Source of the DNA: Candidatus Curtissbacteria bacterium
Lineage (GTDB): Bacteria > Patescibacteriota > Microgenomatia > Curtissbacterales > GWA2-41-24
NCBI GenBank assembly: GCA_016183325.1
Contig: JACPEV010000009.1
Span: 1,303 to 65,302 of the forward strand
Direction: 5' to 3'
DNA: 64,000 nt
The notes below the pieces were generated by a model. It made no database searches. It had not been told where the DNA came from and saw only the letters and a list, made by a program, of their open reading frames with translations. Positions 9,552-20,379 of the stretch are shown piece after piece (position 1 is the first letter of the stretch; each line of letters begins with the position of its first letter). Made by a program: the position numbers and the translations under genes.

Positions 9552-10103
9552 ATGTCCAAAATCGGTAATCAACCTATTTTAATTCCTAAAGATGTAAAAG
9601 TGATCGTCAATGATTCACAGGTGAGTGTTAGCGGTCCCAAAGGTGATTTAACTTTTCACCTTCATAATCAGGTTTCAGTAAAAGTAGAAGATGACAAAAT
9701 GAAAATTATTAGAATATCTGAAAGTAAATTCGCAAAATCTCTTCACGGTTTAACCAGAAGTCTTATTGCCAATATGGTGAAGGGAGTAACTGAAGGTCAC
9801 CAAAAAACTTTAGAATTAGTTGGTGTTGGTTATAGAGCCGCCAAACAAGGTGAAAATTTAACTCTAAGCGTGGGTTATTCGCATCCTGTTGTTATAGAAC
9901 ACATCCCAGGAATTCAAATTGAAACAAAAGAAAATAAAATCACTGTTTCGGGAATTGATAAAGCTCTTGTTGGTGAAGTGGCTGCCAAAATTAGAAGAGT
10001 TAGACCGCCCGAGCCTTATAAAGGTAAAGGGATTAAATATGTTGAAGAAATTATTAAGCGTAAGGCTGGTAAAACTGTTAAAACTGCCCAGGGTGCAATA
10101 TGA
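9552..10103 (+). CDS. rplF: 50S ribosomal protein L6
   Basis: MSKIGNQPI...GVGYRA...RPPEPYKGKGIKY. Confidence 0.98.
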   Translation: MSKIGNQPILIPKDVKVIVNDSQVSVSGPKGDLTFHLHNQVSVKVEDDKMKIIRISESKFAKSLHGLTRSLIANMVKGVTEGHQKTLELVGVGYRAAKQGENLTLSVGYSHPVVIEHIPGIQIETKENKITVSGIDKALVGEVAAKIRRVRPPEPYKGKGIKYVEEIIKRKAGKTVKTAQGAI

Positions 10104-10456
10104 AAAACGTCAAACTATCTCATAGAAAAATAAGACACCAAAGACTGAGAAAAAAAATTACAGGGAACTCTCAAGTTCCCAGACTTGTAGTCTTTCGTTC
10201 TAATAAACATATTTACGCTCAAATTATCGATGATACCCAAGGGAAAACTTTAATTGCCACCACCGATCTTTCAAAGCCAAAAAAAGTGGGAAAAATCACC
10301 AAAATTGAGAAATCGTTTCAAGCAGGAGAAAATTTAGCTAAAGCTGCCATCAAAAAAAATATTAAAAAAGTTGTTTTTGACAGGGCCGGTTATCACTTTC
10401 ATGGTAGAGTTAAATCTCTGGCCGAAGGGGCCCGAAAAGGAGGACTGCTTTTTTAA
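10100..10456 (+). CDS. rplR: 50S ribosomal protein L18
   Basis: PRLVVFRSNKHIYAQIIDD...FDRAGYHFHGRVK. Confidence 0.97.
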   Translation: MKNVKLSHRKIRHQRLRKKITGNSQVPRLVVFRSNKHIYAQIIDDTQGKTLIATTDLSKPKKVGKITKIEKSFQAGENLAKAAIKKNIKKVVFDRAGYHFHGRVKSLAEGARKGGLLF

Positions 10457-10915
10457 ATGTACCAGCAAAATTTTCAATCATCACAAATTAAAGAATTTGA
10501 AGAAAAAGTCGTTCAGGTTAATCGTATTTCAAAAAAAACCACCGGGGGCAATAAATTTGGTTTTTCAACTATTGTAGTTGTCGGAGACAAAAAAGGAAGA
10601 GTTGGTGTTGGTTTAGGTAAAGCTCCCGATGTTGCTTCAGCCATTAGAAAAGGCGCCAGTTACGCCAAAAAGCATTTGATTACAGTTCCTATCGTCAAGG
10701 GCACTATCCCCTACGATATTTTAATCAAAAGAGGTGCCGCCAGAGTACTTTTAAAACCAGCAAGAGAAGGATCTGGAATTATTGCTGGTGGCGCTGTTCG
10801 GGCAGTTGTCGAAGCAGCTGGTATCAGAAACATTTCAAGTAAAGTCCTGGGAACCAAAAATCAAGCTTCAAATGTATATGCCACTCTAGAAGCATTAAGA
10901 AGTCTTAAAACATGA
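10457..10915 (+). CDS. rpsE: 30S ribosomal protein S5
   Basis: VNRISKKTTGG...GSGIIAGGAVRAV. Confidence 0.97.
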   Translation: MYQQNFQSSQIKEFEEKVVQVNRISKKTTGGNKFGFSTIVVVGDKKGRVGVGLGKAPDVASAIRKGASYAKKHLITVPIVKGTIPYDILIKRGAARVLLKPAREGSGIIAGGAVRAVVEAAGIRNISSKVLGTKNQASNVYATLEALRSLKT

Positions 10916-11364
10916 AACTTAACACTTTACCAAAAATAGTTGAAAGATCATCAAAAAGAGTCGGACGGGGTCCCGGATCAGGTAGAGGAAAAACTTCTGG
11001 TCGCGGTACCAAGGGCCAAAATGCCAGAAACAAACTGCCGATCACCCATGCACACTTTGAGGGAGGTCAAAGACCCCTGTTTAAAAGACTTCCTTATAAA
11101 AGAGGTAAAGGTAATCCCAAAATTTCTAAAAAGCCAATTATTGTCAATTTAGAAGTACTCAATCTTCTACCCAAAACTATTTCCAATATTGATCTCGATA
11201 CTCTTGCCAAATTTGGCATTGTTAAAGCCCAGGACGCCAAAAGTTACGGAGTCAAGATTTTAGGCGATGGCAATTTACAAAGACCCATGGTTATAAATCT
11301 TCCAACTTCCAAAAGTGCTGCTCAAAAAATCGCCAAATCCGGCGGCAAGGTAATTAAGTCATGA
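10912..11364 (+). CDS. rplO: 50S ribosomal protein L15
   Basis: [21 protein letters not shown]...FEGGQRPL. Confidence 0.97.
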   Translation: MKLNTLPKIVERSSKRVGRGPGSGRGKTSGRGTKGQNARNKLPITHAHFEGGQRPLFKRLPYKRGKGNPKISKKPIIVNLEVLNLLPKTISNIDLDTLAKFGIVKAQDAKSYGVKILGDGNLQRPMVINLPTSKSAAQKIAKSGGKVIKS

Positions 11365-12644
11365 ACAGTTATCTACAAATATTACTCAAAGTTTTTAAAG
11401 TTAAAGACTTAAGAAGGAAAATTCTTTTCAGTGCTCTTATCTTTCTAGTTTTTAGAATTTTTGCTCATGTGCCTGTTCCAGGTGTGGATCTCGAATCTTT
11501 AAGAAGGTTATTTCAAGAAAGCCAACTTTTGTCTCTACTGGATCTCTTTTCGGGCGGTACTCTCGCAAACTTTTCAGTTATGTCACTGGGACTTAACCCC
11601 TATATTAATGCCAGCATTATTATGCAACTGCTGCAATTAGTTTTTCCCAAACTGGAGGAGTTAGCCAAAGAAGGAGAATCCGGTCGCGAAAAAATCAATC
11701 AATATACTCGTTACTTAACTGTACCTTTAACTGTTATCCAAGCTTTTGGAATGTACATATTACTTCAAAATTCCCAAATTATTAATCAAGTTACTCCCAT
11801 AACTCTTATTTCCATTGTTATGTCTATGACAGCGGGCACTATACTCCTGATGTGGTTAGGTGAACTTATTTCCGAAAAAGGCATCGGTAATGGCATTTCC
11901 ATGGTAATCTTTGCGGGTATAGTCGGCAGGCTCCCCGTAGGGCTGGCCCAGACAGTTTCAATTCTAGACCCTTCGCAAATTAGAAATATTCTAATTTTTA
12001 TCGCTATGGCCCTGATTGTAATTGTTTCAATTGTCACTGTTACAGAAGCAAGACGTCCAATTCAGATTCAATACGCCAGACGGGGGGAAAACCCAACCGG
12101 CCCTACAAGCTATATTCCATTGCGAGTTAATCAGGCCGGAGTAATTCCTATCATTTTTGCAGTTTCGCTAATCCTTCTTCCCACAACTTTTGCTAGATTT
12201 TTTGAAACTTCTCCAAATGTTGCCATTGCCAATATTGCCCAAAATGTTCAAAGAATCTTTAATCCTGAAGGAATTTTGTACAACTTAAATTACTTTTTGT
12301 TAGTAGTTGCCTTTACTTACTTTTACACCACAGTCGCTTTTAATACCAAACAATTATCCGAGATGCTCATGAAACAAGGGGGTTTTATTTCAGGTATAAG
12401 ACCGGGATCACCGACTAAATCTTTTCTGGATTATGTCTCTCTTAGAGTGACCTTATTTGGCGCAATTTTTTTGGGATTAATTGCCATACTGCCCTCTATT
12501 GGCCAAAGCCTAACCGGAGTAACCACTCTTTTAATTGGCGGTACAGGTCTTTTGATCGTGGTTTCAGTCGTACTTGAGACGACTAAACAAATTGAATCTC
12601 ACCTAGTTATGAAAGACTACGATACCTTTTTGAGAAAAAGATAA
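11361..12644 (+). CDS. secY: Preprotein translocase SecY
   Basis: [37 protein letters not shown]; multiple TM segments. Confidence 0.98.
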   Translation: MNSYLQILLKVFKVKDLRRKILFSALIFLVFRIFAHVPVPGVDLESLRRLFQESQLLSLLDLFSGGTLANFSVMSLGLNPYINASIIMQLLQLVFPKLEELAKEGESGREKINQYTRYLTVPLTVIQAFGMYILLQNSQIINQVTPITLISIVMSMTAGTILLMWLGELISEKGIGNGISMVIFAGIVGRLPVGLAQTVSILDPSQIRNILIFIAMALIVIVSIVTVTEARRPIQIQYARRGENPTGPTSYIPLRVNQAGVIPIIFAVSLILLPTTFARFFETSPNVAIANIAQNVQRIFNPEGILYNLNYFLLVVAFTYFYTTVAFNTKQLSEMLMKQGGFISGIRPGSPTKSFLDYVSLRVTLFGAIFLGLIAILPSIGQSLTGVTTLLIGGTGLLIVVSVVLETTKQIESHLVMKDYDTFLRKR

Positions 12645-12647
12645 ATT

Positions 12648-13211
12648 ATGAAGTTAATATTTTTAGGCAGTCAAGGTTCCGGCAAGTCTACACAGGCAAA
12701 AATGCTTGCCCAGAAACTGGGCATACCCGCCATCGAAATGGGCCAGCTTTTACGAGAAAAGGCCAAGAAAAATGATATAGAAGCAGGAGAAATTAGGCAA
12801 GCTATTCAGACGGGTAATCTCGTCCCAGACGTCATTACTGTAAGAACTTTACAGGAAAGAATTTCACGCCCCGATTGCCAAAGCGGCTATGTTCTGGATG
12901 GTTACCCTAGAAACTATGCTCAGCTCGAAGGCTTAGATGACGACATAGATGTTGTTTTCGATATCAAAGTCTCCGATCAAGAAGGGATTAAAAGACTAAT
13001 CGATCGTTCTCGACATGACGACAGTCTAGAAGTTATTACCAGAAGGTTAGCCATTTTTCATAAAGAAACTGAACCGTTACTAGCTTACTTTAGAAATAAA
13101 GGGATTCTTGAAGAGGTAGATGGCGCAAGAAGTATCGAAGAAATTCACCAGGATGTTGTTAAAAGAATCGAAAAATATAAAACAAAGGACCATGCAAACA
13201 GTAAAATCTAA
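12648..13211 (+). CDS. adk: Adenylate kinase (short LID type)
   Basis: GSQGSGKSTQA P-loop; LDGYPR. Confidence 0.95.
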   Translation: MKLIFLGSQGSGKSTQAKMLAQKLGIPAIEMGQLLREKAKKNDIEAGEIRQAIQTGNLVPDVITVRTLQERISRPDCQSGYVLDGYPRNYAQLEGLDDDIDVVFDIKVSDQEGIKRLIDRSRHDDSLEVITRRLAIFHKETEPLLAYFRNKGILEEVDGARSIEEIHQDVVKRIEKYKTKDHANSKI

Positions 13212-13941
13212 AAAGGAGATTGAACTGATGAAAATTTCTGGAAAAATCTGCGCAGAAGCTTTAAAAAAGGTAATCGAGAATATTAAAGTAGGAGTTAGCG
13301 GTAAATATTTAGATGAAATTGCCGCCTACGAAATTAAAAAAAGAAAAGCCAGCCCGTCTTTTGTAACTGTGGGCGATTATAAGTGGACAATTTGCACAAC
13401 TATTAATAATCAAGTAGTTCATGGGATACCAAGCGACAGAATTTTAAAAAACGCTGATATTTTGGGAATTGATATCGGAGCGATCTATAAAGGTTATCAC
13501 AGTGATATGGCCATCTCGCTTGGCGTGGGTCAAATTACAGAAAGTGCCAAGCGATTTTTAGAGGTAGGGCAACAGACTTTAAAAGCCGCCATCAAACAAG
13601 CCAGAGTCGGTCAAAAAATTGGCGATATTTCCCAGACTATCCAGCATGGTGTTGAGGCCGTCGGCTATTCAGTCGTTAAAAGCCTAACGGGTCACGGAAT
13701 CGGCCGTCAGCTTCATGAAGATCCAATGGTCCCATGTTTTGGCAAAAAAAATACCGGTCAAAAAATCCTAGAAAATATGGTATTGGCAATCGAGGTCATT
13801 TACGCACAAGGTTCGGGAGAGGTTAAATTGGAAAAAGATGGATGGACCATCTCCACAGTTGATGGGTCACTCGGAGGACTATTTGAACAGACCGTCGCTG
13901 TCACTAAAAACGGCCCTATAGTCTTGACGCCCTACCTATGA
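13192..13941 (+). CDS. map: Methionine aminopeptidase type I
   Basis: VVHGIP, DIGAIYKGYHSD, GHGIGRQLHEDP; start set at 13192. Confidence 0.96.
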   Translation: MQTVKSKKEIELMKISGKICAEALKKVIENIKVGVSGKYLDEIAAYEIKKRKASPSFVTVGDYKWTICTTINNQVVHGIPSDRILKNADILGIDIGAIYKGYHSDMAISLGVGQITESAKRFLEVGQQTLKAAIKQARVGQKIGDISQTIQHGVEAVGYSVVKSLTGHGIGRQLHEDPMVPCFGKKNTGQKILENMVLAIEVIYAQGSGEVKLEKDGWTISTVDGSLGGLFEQTVAVTKNGPIVLTPYL

Positions 13942-14076
13942 GCCTGTTACAATATTCGAATGTTTACGAATGAGAATAATCCGAATAAATCCGAATATTC
14001 AGTTACGAGTTTGAAATTGTACCCCATTGTCACATTAGGATAAATTCGGACTATTACTATTCGGATATATTAGAAT

Positions 14077-14319
14077 ATGTTAAAACCCGGCGTAATTGAA
14101 GTTGAAGGTGAAGTCACAGAGGCCCTGCCAAATACAATGTTTCGAGTGGCCGTAGCACCCGGTCAGCTCCCAAGTATTGAAGAGCAAAAAATTGTTCTAT
14201 GTCACCTCTCTGGTAAAATGCGCATTAACTATGTCCGCATATTGCCCGGAGACAAAGTCAGAGTTGAAATGACACCTTACGATTTAACCAAAGGAAGGAT
14301 AACCTTTAGATATAGATGA
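14077..14319 (+). CDS. infA: Translation initiation factor IF-1
   Basis: [10 protein letters not shown]...HLSGKMR...[18 protein letters not shown]. Confidence 0.97.
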   Translation: MLKPGVIEVEGEVTEALPNTMFRVAVAPGQLPSIEEQKIVLCHLSGKMRINYVRILPGDKVRVEMTPYDLTKGRITFRYR

Positions 14320-14320
14320 T

Positions 14321-14434
14321 ATGAAAGTACAAGCTTCAATAAAGAAACGTTGCATAAACTGCAAAATTATAAAAAGAAAGGGGAGACTGTACGTTATTTG
14401 TACCAATCCCCGTCATAAACAACGACAAGGATGA
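14321..14434 (+). CDS. rpmJ: 50S ribosomal protein L36 (not in ORF track)
   Basis: Translates [37 protein letters not shown]. Confidence 0.97.
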   Translation: MKVQASIKKRCINCKIIKRKGRLYVICTNPRHKQRQG

Positions 14435-14444
14435 TAGTTAATTT

Positions 14445-14504
14445 AAAAATCAAATATACCAAAGCGTATTTTCGATAAATCGAAAAGCAAAAATCAAAAT
14501 GACA
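14445..14504 (+). repeat. 60-bp dispersed repeat
   Basis: Identical to 6589-6648. Confidence 0.9.
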
Positions 14505-14565
14505 AGCAAAAACTTTCCATTTTCCATTTTCAATTTTCCATTAACTGCGACTGAAAGGAGCTATT

Positions 14566-14988
14566 GTGGCTAGAATCGCAGGAGTAGATTTGCCAAACGA
14601 AAAAAGAATTGAAGCCGCCTTGCCCTATATTTTTGGTATTGGCCCGACGCTGGCCAAAAAAATAATCGTTGATGCCAATATCGATCCTAATAAAAGAACT
14701 AAAAATTTATCAGAAGAAGAACTCGGCAAACTTCAGAGGAAAGTTGAAGAATACAGGGTAGAAGGGGATTTAAGACGCGAAATTCAGGGAAATATTAAAA
14801 GATTGCAAGAAATTGGGTCTTATAGAGGCATAAGACACGCCAAAAACCTGCCCGCCCGCGGCCAAAGAACAAGGACAAATGCCAGAACCAAAAGAGGCAA
14901 AAGAATAACTATCGGTACCATTAGAAAAGACGTTGTTCAAAAGACAGAAACTACACCAGCCAGAGAGCCAGCAGGGGAGAAAAAGTAG
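14566..14988 (+). CDS. rpsM: 30S ribosomal protein S13
   Basis: [10 protein letters not shown]...YRGIRH...[11 protein letters not shown]. Confidence 0.98.
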   Translation: MARIAGVDLPNEKRIEAALPYIFGIGPTLAKKIIVDANIDPNKRTKNLSEEELGKLQRKVEEYRVEGDLRREIQGNIKRLQEIGSYRGIRHAKNLPARGQRTRTNARTKRGKRITIGTIRKDVVQKTETTPAREPAGEKK

Positions 14989-15384
14989 ATGGCAAAAAAT
15001 ACCAAAAAGCCTAAGAAAAATACTGAAGAAAAGGTAATCTCAGGTCGTGGACGGGCCTATGTTACCGCAACTTTTAACAACACACTTGTAACCATAACTG
15101 ACACAATTGGCAACACTCTCGTATGGGGATCAGCTGGCGCCGCCGGATTTAAGGGTGCCAGAAAATCGACCCCTTACGCCGCTACAACTGCTGTCGAGCA
15201 AGTAGCCAGACGTGCAAAACAAAAAGGTATAGAAAGTATAGAGGTCTACATAAAAGGTCCAGGACCGGGAAGGGACGGAGCAATTCGTGCGTTTAAGTCA
15301 GCAGGAATCGATATTGCAATGATTGCCGACGTCACGCCAATTCCTCACAATGGTCCGAGAGCCAGTAAAAGGAGACGCGTATAA
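14989..15384 (+). CDS. rpsK: 30S ribosomal protein S11
   Basis: ATFNNT...[13 protein letters not shown]...DVTPIPHNG. Confidence 0.98.
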   Translation: MAKNTKKPKKNTEEKVISGRGRAYVTATFNNTLVTITDTIGNTLVWGSAGAAGFKGARKSTPYAATTAVEQVARRAKQKGIESIEVYIKGPGPGRDGAIRAFKSAGIDIAMIADVTPIPHNGPRASKRRRV

Positions 15385-15992
15385 TGGCACGTTATACAGG
15401 ACCAAAACATAAACTCTGTCGAGCAGAAGGTGTTGCACTTTGTGGATCACCTAAATGTCCTGTCATTAGAAAAAACGCTGGACCACCGGGACAACATGGT
15501 CAAAAGGGTCGAAGAAAACCTTCAGAATATAGAGTCCAACTTAGAGAAAAGCAAAAGGTTAAAAGGATGTACGGAGTTTTAGAAAGACAATTTAAAAAAT
15601 ATTACACAAATGCTGCTGCAAGTTCGAAAGCCACGGGCGAAGCCCTTCTGGCAATTTTAGAAACTAGACTTGATAATGTTATCTATAAATTAAATTTAGC
15701 CAAAAGCCTTTCACAAGCAAGACAATTAGTTTCTCATGGCCATGTATTTGTCAATAATAAAAAAGTGACTATTCCTTCTTATAATGTTAAAATTGGCGAT
15801 ATTATTTCGCTGTCGGCAAAAGCTTCAAACTTTGATTTCATCCAAAAATTACAAGAAGAGACAAAAAACGAAAAATTACCTGTTTGGCTGGCTAAAAAAG
15901 CAACTGTAGGCAAAATTGTAAGTTCGCCAAAACGTGAAGATTTAACTACCGATGTCAACGAGAAACTAATCGTGGAATACTATTCTAGATAA
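15384..15992 (+). CDS. rpsD: 30S ribosomal protein S4
   Basis: QLREKQK...LETRLDNV...ARQLVSHGH...LIVEYYSR. Confidence 0.98.
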   Translation: MARYTGPKHKLCRAEGVALCGSPKCPVIRKNAGPPGQHGQKGRRKPSEYRVQLREKQKVKRMYGVLERQFKKYYTNAAASSKATGEALLAILETRLDNVIYKLNLAKSLSQARQLVSHGHVFVNNKKVTIPSYNVKIGDIISLSAKASNFDFIQKLQEETKNEKLPVWLAKKATVGKIVSSPKREDLTTDVNEKLIVEYYSR

Positions 15993-16068
15993 TATGGAAA
16001 AAAATAAGGAAGAGGAATACTAAGGGGAAACCGAAAGTGTCCCCTTAGATTTAAAGGAGGTGAAATAA

Positions 16069-16989
16069 ATGCTCGATTTATCACAAGTTGAAGTCGAAAC
16101 AGAAAAAGAAACTGCTGATTTTGGTAGATTTGTAATCAAGCCACTAGATCAAGGCTATGGCCATACCATTGGCAATACTTTACGACGGGTTCTTTTGACA
16201 TCAATTCCGGGGGCAGCTATTACTCAAGTTAAAATTGCTCAAGTTCGACACCAGTTCTCATCTGTCCCAGGTATGTCCGAAGATGTAGTTGAGTTGATTT
16301 TGAATCTCAAAAAAATTAGATTAAAAATTTCAAGCGACAAACCAGTTAAATTGCTCTTAGATCAAAAAGGCCCAAAAATTGTTTTAGCAAAAGACATAGA
16401 GAAAGCAGCAGGGGTTGAAATCGTCAATGATGATCTTGTTTTAGCTCACCTTTCGGACGCGAAATCTAAATTAAGCGCCCGACTAGTTGCCGAAAATGGC
16501 ACTGGTTACTCGCTGGCAGATGAAAGAAAAACTGGCGAAATAGGTGTTATTCCAATTGATGCAAATTTTTCATCGGTTGTTCGAGTTAACTACAAAGTAG
16601 AAGCGACACGCGTCGGTAGATTGACGAGTTATGACAAATTAACGATTGAAATCACTACTGATAAAACGATTAAATCATCAGAAGCCCTAAAAAAAGCGGC
16701 TAAAATTTTAGTCGATCATTTTATGACAGTCTATCAACCGCAAACTGGTGGTGTTAAAAAGACTAAAGTTGACCAAAGTCCGCCAAGCGAGGATGTCCTT
16801 AAAACTTCTCTGGAAGAATTAGATTTACCGGTACGCCTTACTAACAGTCTCAAATCTGGGAAAATTGAAACTATCGGGGATTTTTTACAAAAAGACAGAA
16901 AAGACCTTCTAAAGATGAAGAATATGGGACCAAAATCAGTAAGCCTAGTTGAAGAGAAGCTTTTAGAAAAGGGGATTAAAATAAAGTGA
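16069..16989 (+). CDS. rpoA: RNA polymerase alpha subunit
   Basis: PLDQGYGHTIGNTLRRVLL; IDANFS; alpha-CTD LEELDL. Confidence 0.98.
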   Translation: MLDLSQVEVETEKETADFGRFVIKPLDQGYGHTIGNTLRRVLLTSIPGAAITQVKIAQVRHQFSSVPGMSEDVVELILNLKKIRLKISSDKPVKLLLDQKGPKIVLAKDIEKAAGVEIVNDDLVLAHLSDAKSKLSARLVAENGTGYSLADERKTGEIGVIPIDANFSSVVRVNYKVEATRVGRLTSYDKLTIEITTDKTIKSSEALKKAAKILVDHFMTVYQPQTGGVKKTKVDQSPPSEDVLKTSLEELDLPVRLTNSLKSGKIETIGDFLQKDRKDLLKMKNMGPKSVSLVEEKLLEKGIKIK

Positions 16990-17480
16990 AACACAAAGTA
17001 TCAGGCCAAAAACTAGGGCGCGACACCAGCGGTAGAAAAGCCTTGTTAAGAAATTTGGCAAGTGAACTTGTTGCAAAAGGCGCAATTATTACAACCTTAG
17101 CAAAGGCTAAATTTGCGCGCCCTTACATAGAAAAACTTGTAACTTCAGCAAAGATTAATCGGCTCACGAAACACAGAAGTCTCGAATCGCGACTTACACA
17201 CCAAGCATTTATTAGACTCCAAAGTGAAATTGGCCCCGGTTTTAGAAGTAGGGCTGGAGGTTACACCAGAATTATAAAATTAGGCATCAGAAAAGGTGAC
17301 GCTGCTCCGCTTGCAAGACTGGAGTTTCTGCAATGGGAAAAGACCCCAACCGCTAAAGTGCAAAAGTCACCAAGAAAAACCATCAATCGGCGTAAATCCG
17401 CTATAAACTTGTCCCGAGCGCCACTAGTGAGCGAAGTCGAACTGAAGTCGAGGAATCAGCGCTCATCTGCGAAATTATGA
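16986..17480 (+). CDS. rplQ: 50S ribosomal protein L17 with C-terminal extension
   Basis: KLGRD...RKALLRNL...GGYTRIIKLGIRKGDAAP. Confidence 0.96.
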   Translation: MKHKVSGQKLGRDTSGRKALLRNLASELVAKGAIITTLAKAKFARPYIEKLVTSAKINRLTKHRSLESRLTHQAFIRLQSEIGPGFRSRAGGYTRIIKLGIRKGDAAPLARLEFLQWEKTPTAKVQKSPRKTINRRKSAINLSRAPLVSEVELKSRNQRSSAKL

Positions 17481-17974
17481 AAAACGTTAAACCAAAAGAT
17501 ATAAAGCGAAATTGGCATTTACTTGATGCCAAAAATAAGATTTTAGGCAGACTTGCCTCAGAAATCTCTCTAATTTTAATGGGTAAAAACAAAAGTTATT
17601 ACACACCATATTTAGACACAGGAGACTATGTAGTTGTCATCAATGCAAAAGAAATTGTATTTTCTGGAAAAAAAGAAAGACAAAAACAATATTGGCATCA
17701 TAGCCAATATCCAGGAGGGATGCATGTAAAATCAGTTTCAGTCCTGAGAAATAAAAAACCAGAAGAGCTAATAAGACACGCAGTTGGCGGTATGATTCCA
17801 AAAACCAAACTTGGCAAAGATATGATGAAAAAACTTTTTATTTTTTCAAATAGTAATCATCCATATCAAGACAAATTTGCAACCACTGAAAAACCAGATG
17901 AACACCCCGGGGGTGAGTCAGGATCAAAGATGCATGCTAAATCGGGACCACCCCCAGCGGTTGCAATAAAATGA
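17477..17974 (+). CDS. rplM: 50S ribosomal protein L13 with C-terminal extension
   Basis: WHLLDA...LGRLAS...YTPYLDTGDYVVVINA...GMIPK. Confidence 0.97.
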   Translation: MKNVKPKDIKRNWHLLDAKNKILGRLASEISLILMGKNKSYYTPYLDTGDYVVVINAKEIVFSGKKERQKQYWHHSQYPGGMHVKSVSVLRNKKPEELIRHAVGGMIPKTKLGKDMMKKLFIFSNSNHPYQDKFATTEKPDEHPGGESGSKMHAKSGPPPAVAIK

Positions 17975-18438
17975 AACCAGAATCCAAAAACTCTTCGAGT
18001 CTGAGCCTCGGAGTCGAAGACCTCAGAGCCGGAGGCCAGAAATCAAAAACCAGCTATATCAGTGCTCATGGGAACAGGAAACAGGCAGTTGCCAGGATTA
18101 GGTTGTTTAAAGGAAAAGGCGAGACCGTTGTCAATGAAAAACCTATCGAAACATATTTCCCACAAGAAGTTGATAAAATTGTCTGGCAAAAACCCTTTTT
18201 AGTAACTAAATCGCAAGGCCAATACTATGCCACCATTAAAGTTAGTGGCTCTGGCAAAAGGAGTCAACTAGATGCCATTGCCCTTGGTATTTCAAGAGCT
18301 CTTGTCATGCAGGAAGAAAGTTTTCGCCCAATTCTTAGAAAAGCTGGTCTTCTAACTCGCGATTCCAGAAAAAAAGAACGCCGCAAATACGGAAGAGCAC
18401 AGAAGGCACGTAAAGGGAAACAAAGCCCCAAACGATAA
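17971..18438 (+). CDS. rpsI: 30S ribosomal protein S9 with N-terminal extension
   Basis: GNRKQAVAR...LLTRDSRKKERRKYG...QSPKR. Confidence 0.96.
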   Translation: MKPESKNSSSLSLGVEDLRAGGQKSKTSYISAHGNRKQAVARIRLFKGKGETVVNEKPIETYFPQEVDKIVWQKPFLVTKSQGQYYATIKVSGSGKRSQLDAIALGISRALVMQEESFRPILRKAGLLTRDSRKKERRKYGRAQKARKGKQSPKR

Positions 18439-18500
18439 TCTTCCGGCAATTCTCCTGATAATATTATTTAATTATTAATCGTGTGCAAGTATAATTATCT

Positions 18501-19430
18501 ATGTTGAAAGAGCCCATCCTAAAAGTTGAAAATTTGGTCAAACTTTTTGGCACGTTTCAAGCTCTCGATAGTATTTCTTTTTCCATTCCAAGAGGAAAAA
18601 TCATCGGACTTCTGGGACCAAACGGCGCGGGTAAAACCACTACAATTAATATACTTCTTGGAATTACATTGCAAAACAGCGGTTCTATTAAATATTTTGG
18701 CAAAAATTTTTCCGAAAATAGACAATTTTGCCTGCAAAAAATAAATTTCACGTCTTCGTTTAATACTCTTCAAAGCAGGATTTCTGTCCGGGAAAATTTA
18801 ATAGTTTTTGCTCATTTATACGAAGTTACAAATCCCGAAAAGAAAATAAAGGAACTCACAAGCTATTTTGAAATCGAAGATTTAATCAATCAAAAATTCA
18901 ATGATTTATCAGCAGGTCAAAAAACGCGAGTTAACATAACCAAAGCACTCATCAACGATCCGGAAATTATCTTGATGGACGAACCAACAGCTTCACTCGA
19001 CCCGGATATTGCAGATAAAACCTTGTCCCTCATCGAAGATTTAAAAAAAGATAAAAAACTCTCCATACTTTACACAAGTCATAACATGAGCGAGGTTACC
19101 AGAATTTGTGATCAAGTAATTTTTCTCGACAGAGGTAAAATTGTTGCTCAAGACACACCGTTAGGACTAACGAAACGTATCCAAAAATCCCAATTAAGAT
19201 TAACTTTCGATGGCAATAAAAATAAACTTGAGAAATATTTAAATTCCCAAAAACTTCATTTTTCATTCGCAAAAAATAATGTCGTCGTCGTAAATACTCC
19301 AGAAAAACAAATTCCAAAAATAATATTTGGAATCGCAAACGAAGGAATCTGGATTACCGATATAGAAATTAAAAAACCTACACTGGAAGATTTCTTTTTG
19401 CAAATGGCCAGAGGTAAAAATGTCGACTGA
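18501..19430 (+). CDS. ABC-2 type exporter ATP-binding protein
   Basis: GPNGAGKTT, LSAGQ, MDEPT. Confidence 0.93.
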   Translation: MLKEPILKVENLVKLFGTFQALDSISFSIPRGKIIGLLGPNGAGKTTTINILLGITLQNSGSIKYFGKNFSENRQFCLQKINFTSSFNTLQSRISVRENLIVFAHLYEVTNPEKKIKELTSYFEIEDLINQKFNDLSAGQKTRVNITKALINDPEIILMDEPTASLDPDIADKTLSLIEDLKKDKKLSILYTSHNMSEVTRICDQVIFLDRGKIVAQDTPLGLTKRIQKSQLRLTFDGNKNKLEKYLNSQKLHFSFAKNNVVVVNTPEKQIPKIIFGIANEGIWITDIEIKKPTLEDFFLQMARGKNVD

Positions 19431-20208
19431 TCGCATAAAAGCTATTCTTCTATCGGAGTTTTTTATAACAAAAAGATCCCTTGAGGTAATTATGGATCTA
19501 TTCTTCTTCTCGCTGATGGCCACAATCGTTTTCGGTTTCGTCTCGGTTTTCTTAGCAAGTTCCATCGACTCTACTGCTGCTCATTACCTTTTTCTCGGCA
19601 TAATACTTATGGAAGTTATTCGCGTTACCCAATACTCGATTTCGGTTTCAGCCCTTTGGGAAGTTTGGTCGAGAAATCTCAGCAATGTATTCATCACCCC
19701 TTTATCGCTCAAAGAATACCTTTTCGCTCTTTTTTTGTCCGGTGCTGCTAAATCACTTTTAACATTTACAGCAATCTCATTAATATCAACGCTCATTTTT
19801 AAGTTCAATATCTTCTCAGCATGTTTTCATAATCTTGCATTATATTTTGTAAATCTAACTATTTTTTCTTGGTCGATAGGCTTGTTCATTTTAGGTTTTA
19901 TTTTCCGTTTTGGAACCAGAATTCAAGCTCTTGCCTGGGGATTGATTTTTTTAGTTCAGCCCTTAACCGCCGCGTTTTTTCCAGTCAATATTTTACCGAG
20001 TCCACTACAAGTAATTGCTTACTCACTTCCGCCAACTTACATCTTCGAAGCTGCTCGGGGAAATTTGGAAAATCCTTCAGTTAATTGGAATTTAATAGGA
20101 ATGGCAGCAGCACTTAATATTTTCTATTTTGCCCTCGCCCTTTGGTTTTTCAACATTATGTTTAAAAAATCAAAACAAACCGGCCAATTCGCAAAACTAG
20201 AAGGGTAG
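19420..20208 (+). CDS. ABC-2 type permease
   Basis: About 6 TM segments, FFPVNILP motif, coupled to the ATPase. Confidence 0.88.
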   Translation: MSTDRIKAILLSEFFITKRSLEVIMDLFFFSLMATIVFGFVSVFLASSIDSTAAHYLFLGIILMEVIRVTQYSISVSALWEVWSRNLSNVFITPLSLKEYLFALFLSGAAKSLLTFTAISLISTLIFKFNIFSACFHNLALYFVNLTIFSWSIGLFILGFIFRFGTRIQALAWGLIFLVQPLTAAFFPVNILPSPLQVIAYSLPPTYIFEAARGNLENPSVNWNLIGMAAALNIFYFALALWFFNIMFKKSKQTGQFAKLEG

Positions 20209-20379
20209 CAAATCGACAATATTGGACGCTTATCCTGAGAAAATCGAAGGGAACTTCGAACAATTTTGTCTCAAATTACAGTTAGTGTCAAAGATTTTGA
20301 TTTTCTTTCGAGAAGCTGCCTAAAAGATTAATAACAGTTTTCTATATCCTTTTATCTATTAAAAATAATTTTGTCTTTT

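Noticed and set aside
10905-10920. rpmD (L30) missing between rpsE and rplO
   Set aside because: Known general trait of CPR; used only as a taxonomic hint
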